Shown here: one piece after another, positions 16,517 through 25,309 of the stretch | Numbering within the stretch: position 1 is the first letter of the stretch | How the letters are laid out: the number at the start of each line of letters is the position of its first letter | Assembly (NCBI GenBank): GCA_965248925.1 | Contig: CBDFLE010000006.1 | Span: 2,016,001-2,080,000, forward strand | Direction of reading: 5' to 3' | DNA from: Candidatus Multivoradales bacterium | Lineage (GTDB): Bacteria; Acidobacteriota; Thermoanaerobaculia; Multivoradales; J023 | Length of the DNA: 64,000 nt | The notes under the pieces: model-generated | Databases searched by the model: none | What the model saw: only the letters and a program-made list of their open reading frames with translations | Told to the model about the DNA's origin: nothing | Program-made: the position numbers and the translations under genes

Positions 16517-17572
16517 TCAGTCGAGAGCGCCGCGATAGCTCTCCGGTAGTTGGCTGATCAGCTCTTGATGATGTTCGGCAAAGGCTCGGGTCTTGATCAA
16601 AGCCCGGCCGAGGCGACGACACGCACCCTGACGATCTTCTTGCTTGGCCCCGGCACGCAGACACTCATACATCTCGGCGATGTTCTGCCGGTGATCGTCA
16701 AGCTGTATCGCGCCGGCATCGCCGTAGAGCTGGCCATAGAGACGCTGCAACGAAGTTTCGATCGCCTGCTGACCGCTGACCCGGCCGCCGGTGTTGCCGA
16801 AGCGCTCAATGCGGCGGTCGCCTGGACGTTTCTCGGCCGTGCTCTGGTAGACATGGCCGACAAAGGCGGGAGAAGACACCAGCTCCATGGCGACGAAAAC
16901 CGCCCCGCGGTGCCCTTGCTCGGTGACCTGGACGACGTGGGCATGATCCAAAGAGCCATCTCCTTGCCCCAAGAGGCTGCTGTAGAGCACCCGGACCACA
17001 TCTTCGGCGGCCCGGTTGGCGTCGCGCCCGTCGGCGGACAACGGTCGCGACGCGGAGCGCCGCTTGGCGCCCTCGACGCGGATGTTCAAGCGGCCCTGAC
17101 GGCAGTCAGCCGGCAAGCGCTCGAACACCCCCGCTTTGGCGACCCCGGTAAGGCGGTAGCCGAGGATCACTTCACCAGGCTGCTGCGGCGACAGCTCGAG
17201 CCTGGCGACGGCTAGGTCGTCCGAGTCCTGTGCTTTCCAGGTCAGGTGCTGCGGCATATCGATATGCCGCCCCAGACCCAGGGTCGAAAGATGGCCGATC
17301 TCACCCGAGGTCGAATAGGGATTCGGGCCCTGGGCGTCGTGATGGATGAAGAGATGGCTCTCGACACCGCTCTTCACCACGATCGGTTGGCCATAGTCAT
17401 AGAAAACATTGCCGGCATCTCGAGTCCAGATTCTGAACTGGAGGTCGCAGCTTGCCGCCGCCCAAGCCTGGGCCGGAATAAGAGCGAGGGCGAGGGTCAA
17501 GGCGAGGAAGGTCAGGGCTGTTTTTCTGTTCAATTCTTGCTTCTCCCGTATGCTTGAGGTCGAGGTGGGCAC
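16517..17572 (-). CDS. Secreted hypothetical protein
   Basis: Long ORF with a clear signal peptide (RKTALTFLALTLALALIPAQAWA). The true start is probably TTG at 17533. No family recognised. Confidence 0.7.
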   Translation of the reverse strand: MPTSTSSIREKQELNRKTALTFLALTLALALIPAQAWAAASCDLQFRIWTRDAGNVFYDYGQPIVVKSGVESHLFIHHDAQGPNPYSTSGEIGHLSTLGLGRHIDMPQHLTWKAQDSDDLAVARLELSPQQPGEVILGYRLTGVAKAGVFERLPADCRQGRLNIRVEGAKRRSASRPLSADGRDANRAAEDVVRVLYSSLLGQGDGSLDHAHVVQVTEQGHRGAVFVAMELVSSPAFVGHVYQSTAEKRPGDRRIERFGNTGGRVSGQQAIETSLQRLYGQLYGDAGAIQLDDHRQNIAEMYECLRAGAKQEDRQGACRRLGRALIKTRAFAEHHQELISQLPESYRGALD

Positions 17573-17716
17573 CCCGAGATTTTCTTCATCGTACCCGGCC
17601 GGCGTCAGCCGGCGGCGACGCTACTCACTCTGAGTCTGATCACGGCGGCAAAGTCACATCCAATCCCCATGGTGGCGGTCTGCTACCCTGGACCTTGCCC
17701 TACTTGGAGATCTCAA

Positions 17717-18511
17717 TTGCGCATCCACAGGACTTCCCGGCCCATTCTCTGCTGCCTGCTAGCCGTGCTCGGCAGCTGGCCGGCAACAGCGGACGGGGTG
17801 CTCGGCGCCACGGCGGAAATCGTCGAAGGGGCTAGCCAAGGTAGTCGCGGCGGTGTGTCCGACACCGATATTGGCATCGGTTTCTGCGACGATGGAGTGG
17901 TCAAGGACGACGGCGACCCGGACACCGGCTGGGGCTTTGTTCCCAGCGTTGAAAGAGGTGTCTATGTGCAGCGTTTTGAGCCTTCGGACCTGATTTCCCG
18001 CGACCTCGACAAAGTCTGCTTGTGTTGGATCCGCACCCGTCCCGATCCTGACCTCGACTTCGACATCGTCCTTTTCGGCCACAACGCCGAAGAAGAGCAG
18101 CCCGAGAGCCAACCCCTGGCGGCAATGCCAGTGATAGCCGAGGGAGTGCCAGAAGGCATCGTCGGACAGTTCTACTGCTACGACGTGCAGGGGGCGGGTT
18201 TCAGAGCGCCGGTGGGACCCTTCTATCTCGGCGCGCGCTGGAATGCCTCGACCAACGAGTTCTTTTTCCTCTGCGCCGACACCGACCCGACAACGCCAAT
18301 CGTCGACACCTTCTTCTCTTTCAAAGACGGTGAAGAGTGGGAAAGCGTGTTGGTCAGCAACGACCCGATCTTCGCAGAACACCGCGCCACCATGGTCCGT
18401 TTCATCGCCGCCGATGGCCCACGCGGGATACCGACCCTCAGAGTCACTGGCCTTCTCGCTATGGTGCTGCTGCTGCTCGGCGGTGCCCTCGTCGCTCTAC
18501 GCCGGAGATAG
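17717..18511 (+). CDS. Acidic secreted protein with IPTL-CTERM anchor
   Basis: TTG start after a GGAGA RBS, signal peptide, DDG..D.GWG motif, and C-terminal GIPTLRVTG-TM-RRR. The ORF is open from 17669. Confidence 0.75.
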   Translation: MRIHRTSRPILCCLLAVLGSWPATADGVLGATAEIVEGASQGSRGGVSDTDIGIGFCDDGVVKDDGDPDTGWGFVPSVERGVYVQRFEPSDLISRDLDKVCLCWIRTRPDPDLDFDIVLFGHNAEEEQPESQPLAAMPVIAEGVPEGIVGQFYCYDVQGAGFRAPVGPFYLGARWNASTNEFFFLCADTDPTTPIVDTFFSFKDGEEWESVLVSNDPIFAEHRATMVRFIAADGPRGIPTLRVTGLLAMVLLLLGGALVALRRR

Positions 18512-18513
18512 CC

Positions 18514-19887
18514 ACGCCTAAAGTCGAACTCATCGTTCGCGGCCAGCGGGTACTGACTCGGCAGGGCCCGCGGCCGGCGGTATTGGTGATCAGTGACGGG
18601 GTGATTCAAAGCGTCGAAGCACCGACCTTCAGCCACCCGACAGCCCCCGTTCTCGAGGCGGGCGAGTCCTGGGTGAGTCCGGGGGTGATCGACACCCACG
18701 TACACATCAACGAACCCGGCCGCAGCCACTGGGAGGGCTTTGCCAGCGCCACTCGCGCGGCGGCGGCCGGCGGTGTCACCACCGTAGTAGACATGCCGCT
18801 CAACAGCACCCCGGCCACCACTTGCGCCGATGCCCTGAGGGAGAAAGCGGCCGCCGCCAGCGCTCAGTCGATCGTCGACTACGGCTTCTGGGGCGGAGTG
18901 ATTCCGGGCAACCAAGCGCAGCTCGGGGCGCTGCTTGAAGCCGGAGCCCTGGGCTGCAAGTGCTTCTTGGTCCCCTCCGGGGTCGACGACTTTCCCGCCA
19001 GCGGCGAGGCCGACTTGCTGCGCGCCATGCCGCTGCTGGCGCGCTTCGGCGCCACGCTGCTGGTGCATGCCGAGCTGCCGCGGGCGATCGACGCGGCTAG
19101 CGCCGCATTGCACGCTGAGGATTGGCGCAGCTACAAGACCTTCCTGGCGAGCCGGCCAGCCGCCGCCGAAGTGCAAGCGATCGAGCTGATCGTCGAGCTG
19201 GTACGCCGCACCGGCTGTGCCGCCCACATCGTTCATGTCGCCTGTGCCGAAGCGTTGCCGGTGCTGGCCGCAGCCCGCGCTGCCGGCTTGCCGATCACCG
19301 CCGAGAGCTGCCCACACTATTTGAGTTTCACCGCCGAAGAGATCAGCGATGGCACCACCGCCTTCAAATGTGCGCCACCGATCCGCCCTGCCCGCCATCG
19401 CGAAGCCCTGTGGCAAGCGTTGCAAGACTGTGTGCTCGACCTGGTGGCGTCGGACCACTCACCCTGCCCACCAGCACTCAAGCACTTGCAGGATGGTGAT
19501 TTCAAGGCTGCCTGGGGCGGCATCGCCTCCCTGCAGCTACTCTTGCCAGCGCTGTGGACGGAGGCGGCGGCTCGCGGCCACGGCCAAGCCGAGATGGCCA
19601 ACTGGTTGTCGCGAGCACCCGCCCGCCTAGCCGGTTTGGAGGACCGCAAAGGACGCTTGGAGCCGGGCTTTGATGCCGACTTGGTGATCTGGGATCCCGA
19701 CCAGAGTTTCATCGTCGAGCCAACCGTTCTCGAACACCGTCACCCCCTCACCCCCTGGGCTGGACGGCAGCTGCGAGGCCGCATCCTGCATACTCTGGTG
19801 CGTGGCGTACCGGTGTTCGAGAACGGCCAACTCAGCGGCCGACGGCCCGGGGTTTGGCAGCGAAGCGATTTTGCTGGAGACCGATGA
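18514..19887 (+). CDS. allB: Allantoinase
   Basis: PGVIDTHVHINEPGR, GGVTTVVDMPLNS, KCF, HAE, ESCPHYL, FKCAPPIR, SDHSP, AWGGI. The homologous region begins about 18514, where the codon after GGAG is ACG; start uncertain. Confidence 0.93.
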   Translation, partial: TPKVELIVRGQRVLTRQGPRPAVLVISDGVIQSVEAPTFSHPTAPVLEAGESWVSPGVIDTHVHINEPGRSHWEGFASATRAAAAGGVTTVVDMPLNSTPATTCADALREKAAAASAQSIVDYGFWGGVIPGNQAQLGALLEAGALGCKCFLVPSGVDDFPASGEADLLRAMPLLARFGATLLVHAELPRAIDAASAALHAEDWRSYKTFLASRPAAAEVQAIELIVELVRRTGCAAHIVHVACAEALPVLAAARAAGLPITAESCPHYLSFTAEEISDGTTAFKCAPPIRPARHREALWQALQDCVLDLVASDHSPCPPALKHLQDGDFKAAWGGIASLQLLLPALWTEAAARGHGQAEMANWLSRAPARLAGLEDRKGRLEPGFDADLVIWDPDQSFIVEPTVLEHRHPLTPWAGRQLRGRILHTLVRGVPVFENGQLSGRRPGVWQRSDFAGDR

Positions 19888-20411
19888 TCGATCTCGGCCA
19901 ATGGCTCGACGCCCTCGATGAGCACAGCACTCAGCAAGCGCTGAGCCGTTGCTGTGGCGCCCGAAGATGGATTGCGGCGATGGTCGCTAGAGGCATTTTC
20001 TCAACCGCAGCTGCGGTTCACCAAGCAGCTGAGCAGATTTGGTGGCAGCTGACGCCGGAAGATTGGCTCGAAGCCTTCTCGCACCATCCGCGCATCGGTG
20101 ATCGCCAACTGAGCGGTGCCGCGCGGGAGAATCGCCAGTGGTCGAGCAGCGAGCAAGCCGGCGCTAGCCAGGCCGACGCCACGGTGCAACGGGCGCTCGA
20201 ACAAGGCAACCAGCGCTACGAAGAGCGTTTCGGCCACGTATTTCTAATCTGCGCCAGCGGCCGCAGCGGCAGCGAAATGCTCGCCGAACTCGAACGCCGA
20301 CTGCACAATGACGCCGCCGCCGAGTTGCGCGAAGCCGCCGCCGAACAAGTCAAGATCACCCATCTGCGCCTCGACAAACTGACCGTGGAATCCACCGAGG
20401 GAGAGAGCTGA
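19884..20411 (+). CDS. uraD: OHCU decarboxylase
   Basis: CCG..RW, DWLEAFSHHPRIG, SSSEQAG, GNQRYEERFGHVFLICASG, EQVKITHLRL. Confidence 0.93.
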   Translation: MIDLGQWLDALDEHSTQQALSRCCGARRWIAAMVARGIFSTAAAVHQAAEQIWWQLTPEDWLEAFSHHPRIGDRQLSGAARENRQWSSSEQAGASQADATVQRALEQGNQRYEERFGHVFLICASGRSGSEMLAELERRLHNDAAAELREAAAEQVKITHLRLDKLTVESTEGES

Positions 20412-20749
20412 TGAGCGCTATTACCACCCACATTCTCGACACTTCCCGAGGCCAGCCGGCCGTTGATGTGCAGGTCGTTCTAGCGCTGCGGGTCGACGCT
20501 GGCTGGCGCCAACTGGCCAGCGGCGTGACCGACCGCGACGGCCGCATCGGCGACTTGCTCGACCCCGGCCCGGTCGCCACCGGCACCTACCGGCTGCATT
20601 TCGACATCGGCTCCTACTTCCGCCGCCTCGATCAGGTGGCGTTCTATCCTTGGGCCGAGATTGTCTTCGAGATCGCCGACGCCGACCAGCACTACCATGT
20701 GCCCCTGCTGCTTAACCCCTTCGGCTACTCGACCTATCGTGGTAGCTGA
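20411..20749 (+). CDS. uraH: 5-hydroxyisourate hydrolase (transthyretin-like)
   Basis: ITTHILD, TDRDGR, FYP, HYHVPLLLNPFGYSTYRGS. Confidence 0.96.
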   Translation: MSAITTHILDTSRGQPAVDVQVVLALRVDAGWRQLASGVTDRDGRIGDLLDPGPVATGTYRLHFDIGSYFRRLDQVAFYPWAEIVFEIADADQHYHVPLLLNPFGYSTYRGS

Positions 20750-20761
20750 GGGCCAGGTCTC

Positions 20762-23700
20762 TCAATCGACATCGAATTCTCGATACTCCCCCCGTACTGA
20801 GATCGAGCGCCAGCCTCGCTGTTCACCACCCACTTGCCAGCTCCCCTCGCTGAGCGCTGGAAGCTGGATCTTGCCCTCCGCGTCCGGCCAGAGTTCAACT
20901 CCAGCCAGGCTCAGGATCGCCGCCGTTCGAAGACCCGTGGCGGTTCTCAACTGAATGGGCACTACTGAGTCCGTGGAATCGAGCCGCAGGACGACCTCTG
21001 TCCAAGCCGGCTCTTCGACAACCAACTCGGCCAACTGACCGACGGCAAGTGCCACCGGCGGCCCCAGCGCCAGCTTGCGCCCGCCGAACAGCAACAGGCT
21101 GTCGTAGCTTCCAGGGGGCAGGCCAGCCAGCGTCGCCCGACCCGTGGCGTCAGTGGTCACCACGCGGCGAGCGCCGTTTTCACCCTGAACCGTCAGCATC
21201 ACATTGGCCGCGGGTTGATCTTCCCGGTCGAAAACCTCAAAGCGAAGCTCGGCCGCTTGCTGCCGCCGCAAGACAATATCTACTGGCTCGGCAGACCTGG
21301 TGGGCCATCTCAGATCCGTTTCGCCAGCCGAGGTACCCGCACGAGCCACCAAGCGGTAGGACCCCGGCGGTACATGTCGGATCGTGAATCTCCCTGCCCG
21401 ATCGCAGGAAACCTGGCGCAAGACCTCTTCCCCACCCTGTAGTGCCACCTTTGCGGCTCTGGTCGGCAAACCTCCTGGGTCGACAACTCGGCCCCGTACC
21501 GCCTCGCCGCGGAAACGCAACTCCAACTTCACTGTTTCGGCAGGGGAAACCCAAAAACTCTGGTGATAGGTAGCCCCCGACGCCGTTCGGTAGACAACCT
21601 CGGCATCTCCGGGAAGCAATACGCCAGCACCCGAAAACTTGCCGTCCACTCCGACTTTCATGGTCAGAAAACTCGGCAGATCAGAAAGAAGCTCTTGCCT
21701 CTGCGGCGCACCGGCACCATGGAAGGCCATAAAGACGGGCACCGGCATATCGCTGCCCCTTGGCACAATCTGTACCTGCCCACCAGTTGCCGGTAGCCCA
21801 TCGAGGGTTACCAGCCCGGCGACAGGAATTCGTGCTACTTCCAGCTTCAGCCCATCTACTCGCTCCGCCACGGTGAGGACCACACGCCGGCTGGCTAGCA
21901 ATTGCCCGCTTTCAATCGCCACCAGGTGGTAAGTACCGGAACCGACGTTCGAAAAGCTGAAGCGGCCTGCGGAATCAGCGCGAGCAATGTGCCGAAGACA
22001 GGGATTGTGGATAGGTCCCAAGCGCATTTCGACTCTGACTCCGGGCAGCGGCGTATCTCCTCGGTCTACAACCTCCCCAGCCAGAAACGCTCCAGGACCC
22101 AGGACCCGCGGCGGTAGAACCCGTCGCTCGCCGTCCTGCAATTCTACGATCTCGATCGATGTCAAAACGAACTGCGGCGGCTGCACTTTCAAGCACACGC
22201 TACCGGCACTAAATCCGCTCATTCGGAACTTGCCGAGTACATCGGTCACAACCTCGTAGTCCCCTAACAGACGACTGGCAGCGTTTCGCCCCAGCGGATG
22301 CGCCGCGGCGTAGGATAGCCGCGCCCCGATTGCCGGAAACCCTCCCGGCAACAACAGGGTTCCCTCTACCGAGGCTCCTGAGTCGAACAGCACCAAGCCC
22401 AGGTCTTCGACTCCACCACCCAGGAAAAAGTCCAACCGCTGGGGAAGCGCGCCAGCTGCCCGCAAGGTCAACGCCACTGCCCCTGTCGACAAGCCCGTGA
22501 TCGAATAGCTGCCAGTCGGATCGCTGTAGTCCAGGAAACGAGTTTCGCCGGAACTCTGAACTTCTACCTTCAGCTCGGTTATCGGTGAGAGATCCTCGAG
22601 TCGGAGGGCCTCGAACAGCACTCCATCGGCGCGCCGCAAGACCACCCGCATTGACTGCGAAGGGGTGCTCTCGGCCTCAATTTCCTGCGGCAGAAACCCC
22701 TCGGCCCTGACCTCGAACATGACGAGCGAACCAGCCAATGGCCCTGGCACACCTACCGTGCCGTCTTCAGCCACCAACCACTGTTCCTCAGATTCGAGAT
22801 CGGTCACCAGGGCATTCGCCACCGGCTCGTCTGCCCGATCAACAATCCGCAGTCGAGTCTCCCCACTCGCTGCCAAAACGATGGTCGGCAACGGGTGTGT
22901 AGTGCCCGCCTGCAACACCAACCAGTCTTGCTTTGTCTTGTGCCCCTGCTTTCTCCAGTGACTGAGAAACCTGCCATCGGGCAGTCCGGTCAGCCGGTAT
23001 CTACCCTGTGAGTCGGTCTCGGTATGCCGCCGAAACAGCCGCCCTGGTTCGTCGGCAGTGGGCAGCAAGATCTCGACCTGTACTTTCTCCAGAGGCTGAC
23101 CATCACCCTGCACCACCGAGCCTCTGACACTGCTTGCAGGCTTGACCACAACATCGTGCAGACCGTCCCCCCATTGTCTCAACGAGAATTGAAAGCGAGG
23201 GTCGACAATCTCCACCATCAAAGGCTGATCCCGGCCAACCCCTGGGACTACAAACAAGCCTTGAGAGTCTGACCGACCCGCAATCAAGACCGGTTCCCCG
23301 GTCGATCGAGAATCGATCAATCGATAGCGCAGCTCGACTCCTCCGACCGGGCCGTCCGCGACGACAAAGCGCAAGCGGCAGGATCCGCCAGGCTGGAGGA
23401 TCAGATCCTTGTGTCGTGCCACGTCGCGCACCGCCGCTTCGAGGAGCTGGTGACCCGCTGCCCAAACCCGCACCGTCGCCGACAGCGACAATTCACCGCG
23501 GAAGCGCCCTGACTCATCAGTTCGTATCGTCGATTCCGTAAGGTAAGGCTGCCCAGCAAGATCCCTTCCCCACCACACGAGCGCACCCGGTAACGGCTTG
23601 GACGACGACGACGAGAATATTCGCCAGACTACTGGCAAGCAATCCGAACAATCTTGCTTCACGGTCTCGGAAAAGAGCCAGCGAGTCAGCTCGCCGCTAG

Positions 23701-23872
23701 ATTGCTGGTGAAGAACGAGCGGCCCTCCCGTGGTCTCGCTCTGATGTTCAGCTACTACTGAGGAAGCCGCAATTTGGCCATCAAGGACTGAGAACCAGCG
23801 CTCTGCCGCTCGCACACTAACCGCTGAGGTCAGCAAGGCACCGACCACCAGGGCAAGGCGCAGGATCAACAT
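20762..23872 (-). CDS. Large secreted protein with multiple carboxypeptidase-regulatory-like (CarboxypepD_reg) beta-sandwich repeats
   Basis: Signal peptide MLILRLALVVGALLTSAVSVRA from ATG 23872. Repeated (V/I).G.V.D..G.P...A.V and TD..G.F....L..G.Y.L motifs. No catalytic motif or TonB barrel was seen. The ORF is open from 24037. Confidence 0.8.
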   Translation of the reverse strand: MLILRLALVVGALLTSAVSVRAAERWFSVLDGQIAASSVVAEHQSETTGGPLVLHQQSSGELTRWLFSETVKQDCSDCLPVVWRIFSSSSSKPLPGALVWWGRDLAGQPYLTESTIRTDESGRFRGELSLSATVRVWAAGHQLLEAAVRDVARHKDLILQPGGSCRLRFVVADGPVGGVELRYRLIDSRSTGEPVLIAGRSDSQGLFVVPGVGRDQPLMVEIVDPRFQFSLRQWGDGLHDVVVKPASSVRGSVVQGDGQPLEKVQVEILLPTADEPGRLFRRHTETDSQGRYRLTGLPDGRFLSHWRKQGHKTKQDWLVLQAGTTHPLPTIVLAASGETRLRIVDRADEPVANALVTDLESEEQWLVAEDGTVGVPGPLAGSLVMFEVRAEGFLPQEIEAESTPSQSMRVVLRRADGVLFEALRLEDLSPITELKVEVQSSGETRFLDYSDPTGSYSITGLSTGAVALTLRAAGALPQRLDFFLGGGVEDLGLVLFDSGASVEGTLLLPGGFPAIGARLSYAAAHPLGRNAASRLLGDYEVVTDVLGKFRMSGFSAGSVCLKVQPPQFVLTSIEIVELQDGERRVLPPRVLGPGAFLAGEVVDRGDTPLPGVRVEMRLGPIHNPCLRHIARADSAGRFSFSNVGSGTYHLVAIESGQLLASRRVVLTVAERVDGLKLEVARIPVAGLVTLDGLPATGGQVQIVPRGSDMPVPVFMAFHGAGAPQRQELLSDLPSFLTMKVGVDGKFSGAGVLLPGDAEVVYRTASGATYHQSFWVSPAETVKLELRFRGEAVRGRVVDPGGLPTRAAKVALQGGEEVLRQVSCDRAGRFTIRHVPPGSYRLVARAGTSAGETDLRWPTRSAEPVDIVLRRQQAAELRFEVFDREDQPAANVMLTVQGENGARRVVTTDATGRATLAGLPPGSYDSLLLFGGRKLALGPPVALAVGQLAELVVEEPAWTEVVLRLDSTDSVVPIQLRTATGLRTAAILSLAGVELWPDAEGKIQLPALSEGSWQVGGEQRGWRSISVRGEYREFDVD

Positions 23873-23873
23873 C

Positions 23874-25058
23874 CTAGTTCGCGGCCATCCGGGGCTCCGT
23901 ACTCCGATCGAGCCACTCGACGCGATACAGATGTTGCGATTCAATCTCGGCGAAGCTCTGTAGGCGCTGTAGCAACAAGTACTGGCGGCCGTCTGCGACG
24001 CGGAAAGATCGCAACACGGCGTTCTCTGCAATGGCACCTAAATTCAACGAAACGTCATTCGAAAGTTTGTGGCCCTCGCTGTCGAAGATGTCTGCCACGA
24101 AGGAAACCGAGCCCGCGAGCGAGCGACGGAAAATCACCCCTACCCCATCAGGCCCGTCAATCAAAGCACTAGGGAAATCAATGCCTTCGAGACTGTTGAG
24201 CACCGCTCGCCAATCTTGTCGAGCGCCGCCCATAGGCAGAACCGACTCCGGCGGGAGCCACTTCTCACCATCAATGAGGTAAGGCGTCTCGGCAATCCTC
24301 TTTCCCTGCCGATCGAATACCAACAGTGCAGGATGGCGATTGAGGACCGCGTAAACGCGGTCTTCGTTGAGACTCGCCATCAGCTGGCCACCGCCCCAGA
24401 ACGGTTCCATTGCTTGCCCCAGAGAAGAGGAGCAGAACAGAGGATCTACGGCAAGGTGGTCGCGGCCCAAGTCGGTCATGAACAGGCGGCAGTCCTGACG
24501 TTCGTGTTGCCTTCTCCAGTTGGGATCGCTCAGGTTCTGACCCGTGATAGGCGCCGCAGCTATTAATGGCACACCGACACCAAAGACCCGCTTGTCGGCC
24601 ACCGCCAGAGCGTGAATGGCAAAGAAAGCCCGACCCGAAAACTTGAAGCTTGAGCCCCCCTCCGAGTCCAGCACTTCGACCGACTTCAACAGATAGTCCA
24701 GCAGGACTACAGAACTCCGATCAGCAGCAAGCTGTAGAACGGACGGACTCAGTTGAGCTGCAAATGGCTCGGAAACCGAAGTCTTGCTCTCCACGTCTCG
24801 CAACCAGATGAGAGCCGCGCTGTCGCCAGACCCACCACTTGGGCTATTGATCAGTATCCCACCGGCGGGATGGCCCGCGACCAGAGCCACCGGCAAGAAT
24901 CCCTCGTGGGTCGAACTTAGTCGACTATCTAAGACCTGACTGACACGGATCTCCCAGCTCGCGGCAGCAGATGGAGGAAGCACCGAGAGCGATATGGTGA
25001 AAGCTAAAATAGAGATCGGAAAACGACGAGAAACCCTGCGTGGCACGGTCAGCCCCAA
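23874..25058 (-). CDS. Secreted hypothetical protein, probable beta-propeller
   Basis: Signal peptide (ISILAFTISLSVLPPSAAA) and blade-like repeats (VVLLDY..KSVEVLDSEG, VYAV....PALLVFDRQGKRI, VADIFDSEGHKL). Start possibly GTG at 25046. Confidence 0.65.
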   Translation of the reverse strand: MGLTVPRRVSRRFPISILAFTISLSVLPPSAAASWEIRVSQVLDSRLSSTHEGFLPVALVAGHPAGGILINSPSGGSGDSAALIWLRDVESKTSVSEPFAAQLSPSVLQLAADRSSVVLLDYLLKSVEVLDSEGGSSFKFSGRAFFAIHALAVADKRVFGVGVPLIAAAPITGQNLSDPNWRRQHERQDCRLFMTDLGRDHLAVDPLFCSSSLGQAMEPFWGGGQLMASLNEDRVYAVLNRHPALLVFDRQGKRIAETPYLIDGEKWLPPESVLPMGGARQDWRAVLNSLEGIDFPSALIDGPDGVGVIFRRSLAGSVSFVADIFDSEGHKLSNDVSLNLGAIAENAVLRSFRVADGRQYLLLQRLQSFAEIESQHLYRVEWLDRSTEPRMAAN

Positions 25059-25240
25059 ACAATAATCTCAGCAGAGCATCTAAGGCAACGAATAGTATGG
25101 GCAAGATCTGTCGCGATGCAGACCCCGCCAATAAAGGGCACCCAGTAAATCCAACCAGGCTCGCAGATCGTGGCGGCCGGAACTACTGCTGGGATGCAGA
25201 ACACAGCAACAAGAAAAAGAACGATGAGTTTCTTCTTCAA
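25049..25240 (-). CDS. Small secreted Cys/Trp-rich peptide (63 aa precursor)
   Basis: TTG start with GGAG RBS; MKKKLIVLFLVAVFCIPAVVPAA signal plus a 40-aa mature part with 4 Cys; promoter directly upstream; first gene of a tight operon. Confidence 0.75.
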   Translation of the reverse strand: MKKKLIVLFLVAVFCIPAVVPAATICEPGWIYWVPFIGGVCIATDLAHTIRCLRCSAEIIVWG

Positions 25241-25279
25241 ACGAACTCCAAAAAGATGAGAATATACCAACTTCGAAGT

Positions 25280-25309
25280 ATGTTATCGCCTGACATGTTC
25301 CCTTGTCAA
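25280..25309 (-). promoter_or_regulatory. Sigma70-like promoter of the peptide operon with TGACA-N8-TGTCA inverted repeat
   Basis: Minus strand: TTGACA (25309-25304), 18 nt, TAACAT. The inverted repeat at 25291-25308 overlaps the -35. Confidence 0.55.

Noticed and set aside
23873-24037. Cys-rich N-terminal extension (MPLQRTPCC...) of the 1091-aa ORF as a RiPP-like segment
   Set aside because: It overlaps the upstream gene in another frame; the signal peptide starts at ATG 23872.
25049-25240. Peptide as precursor of a known RiPP class (lanthipeptide, ranthipeptide, MNIO/bufferin)
   Set aside because: No LanB/C/M, radical SAM, DUF692/MNIO, YcaO or peptidase-ABC transporter gene was recognised nearby.
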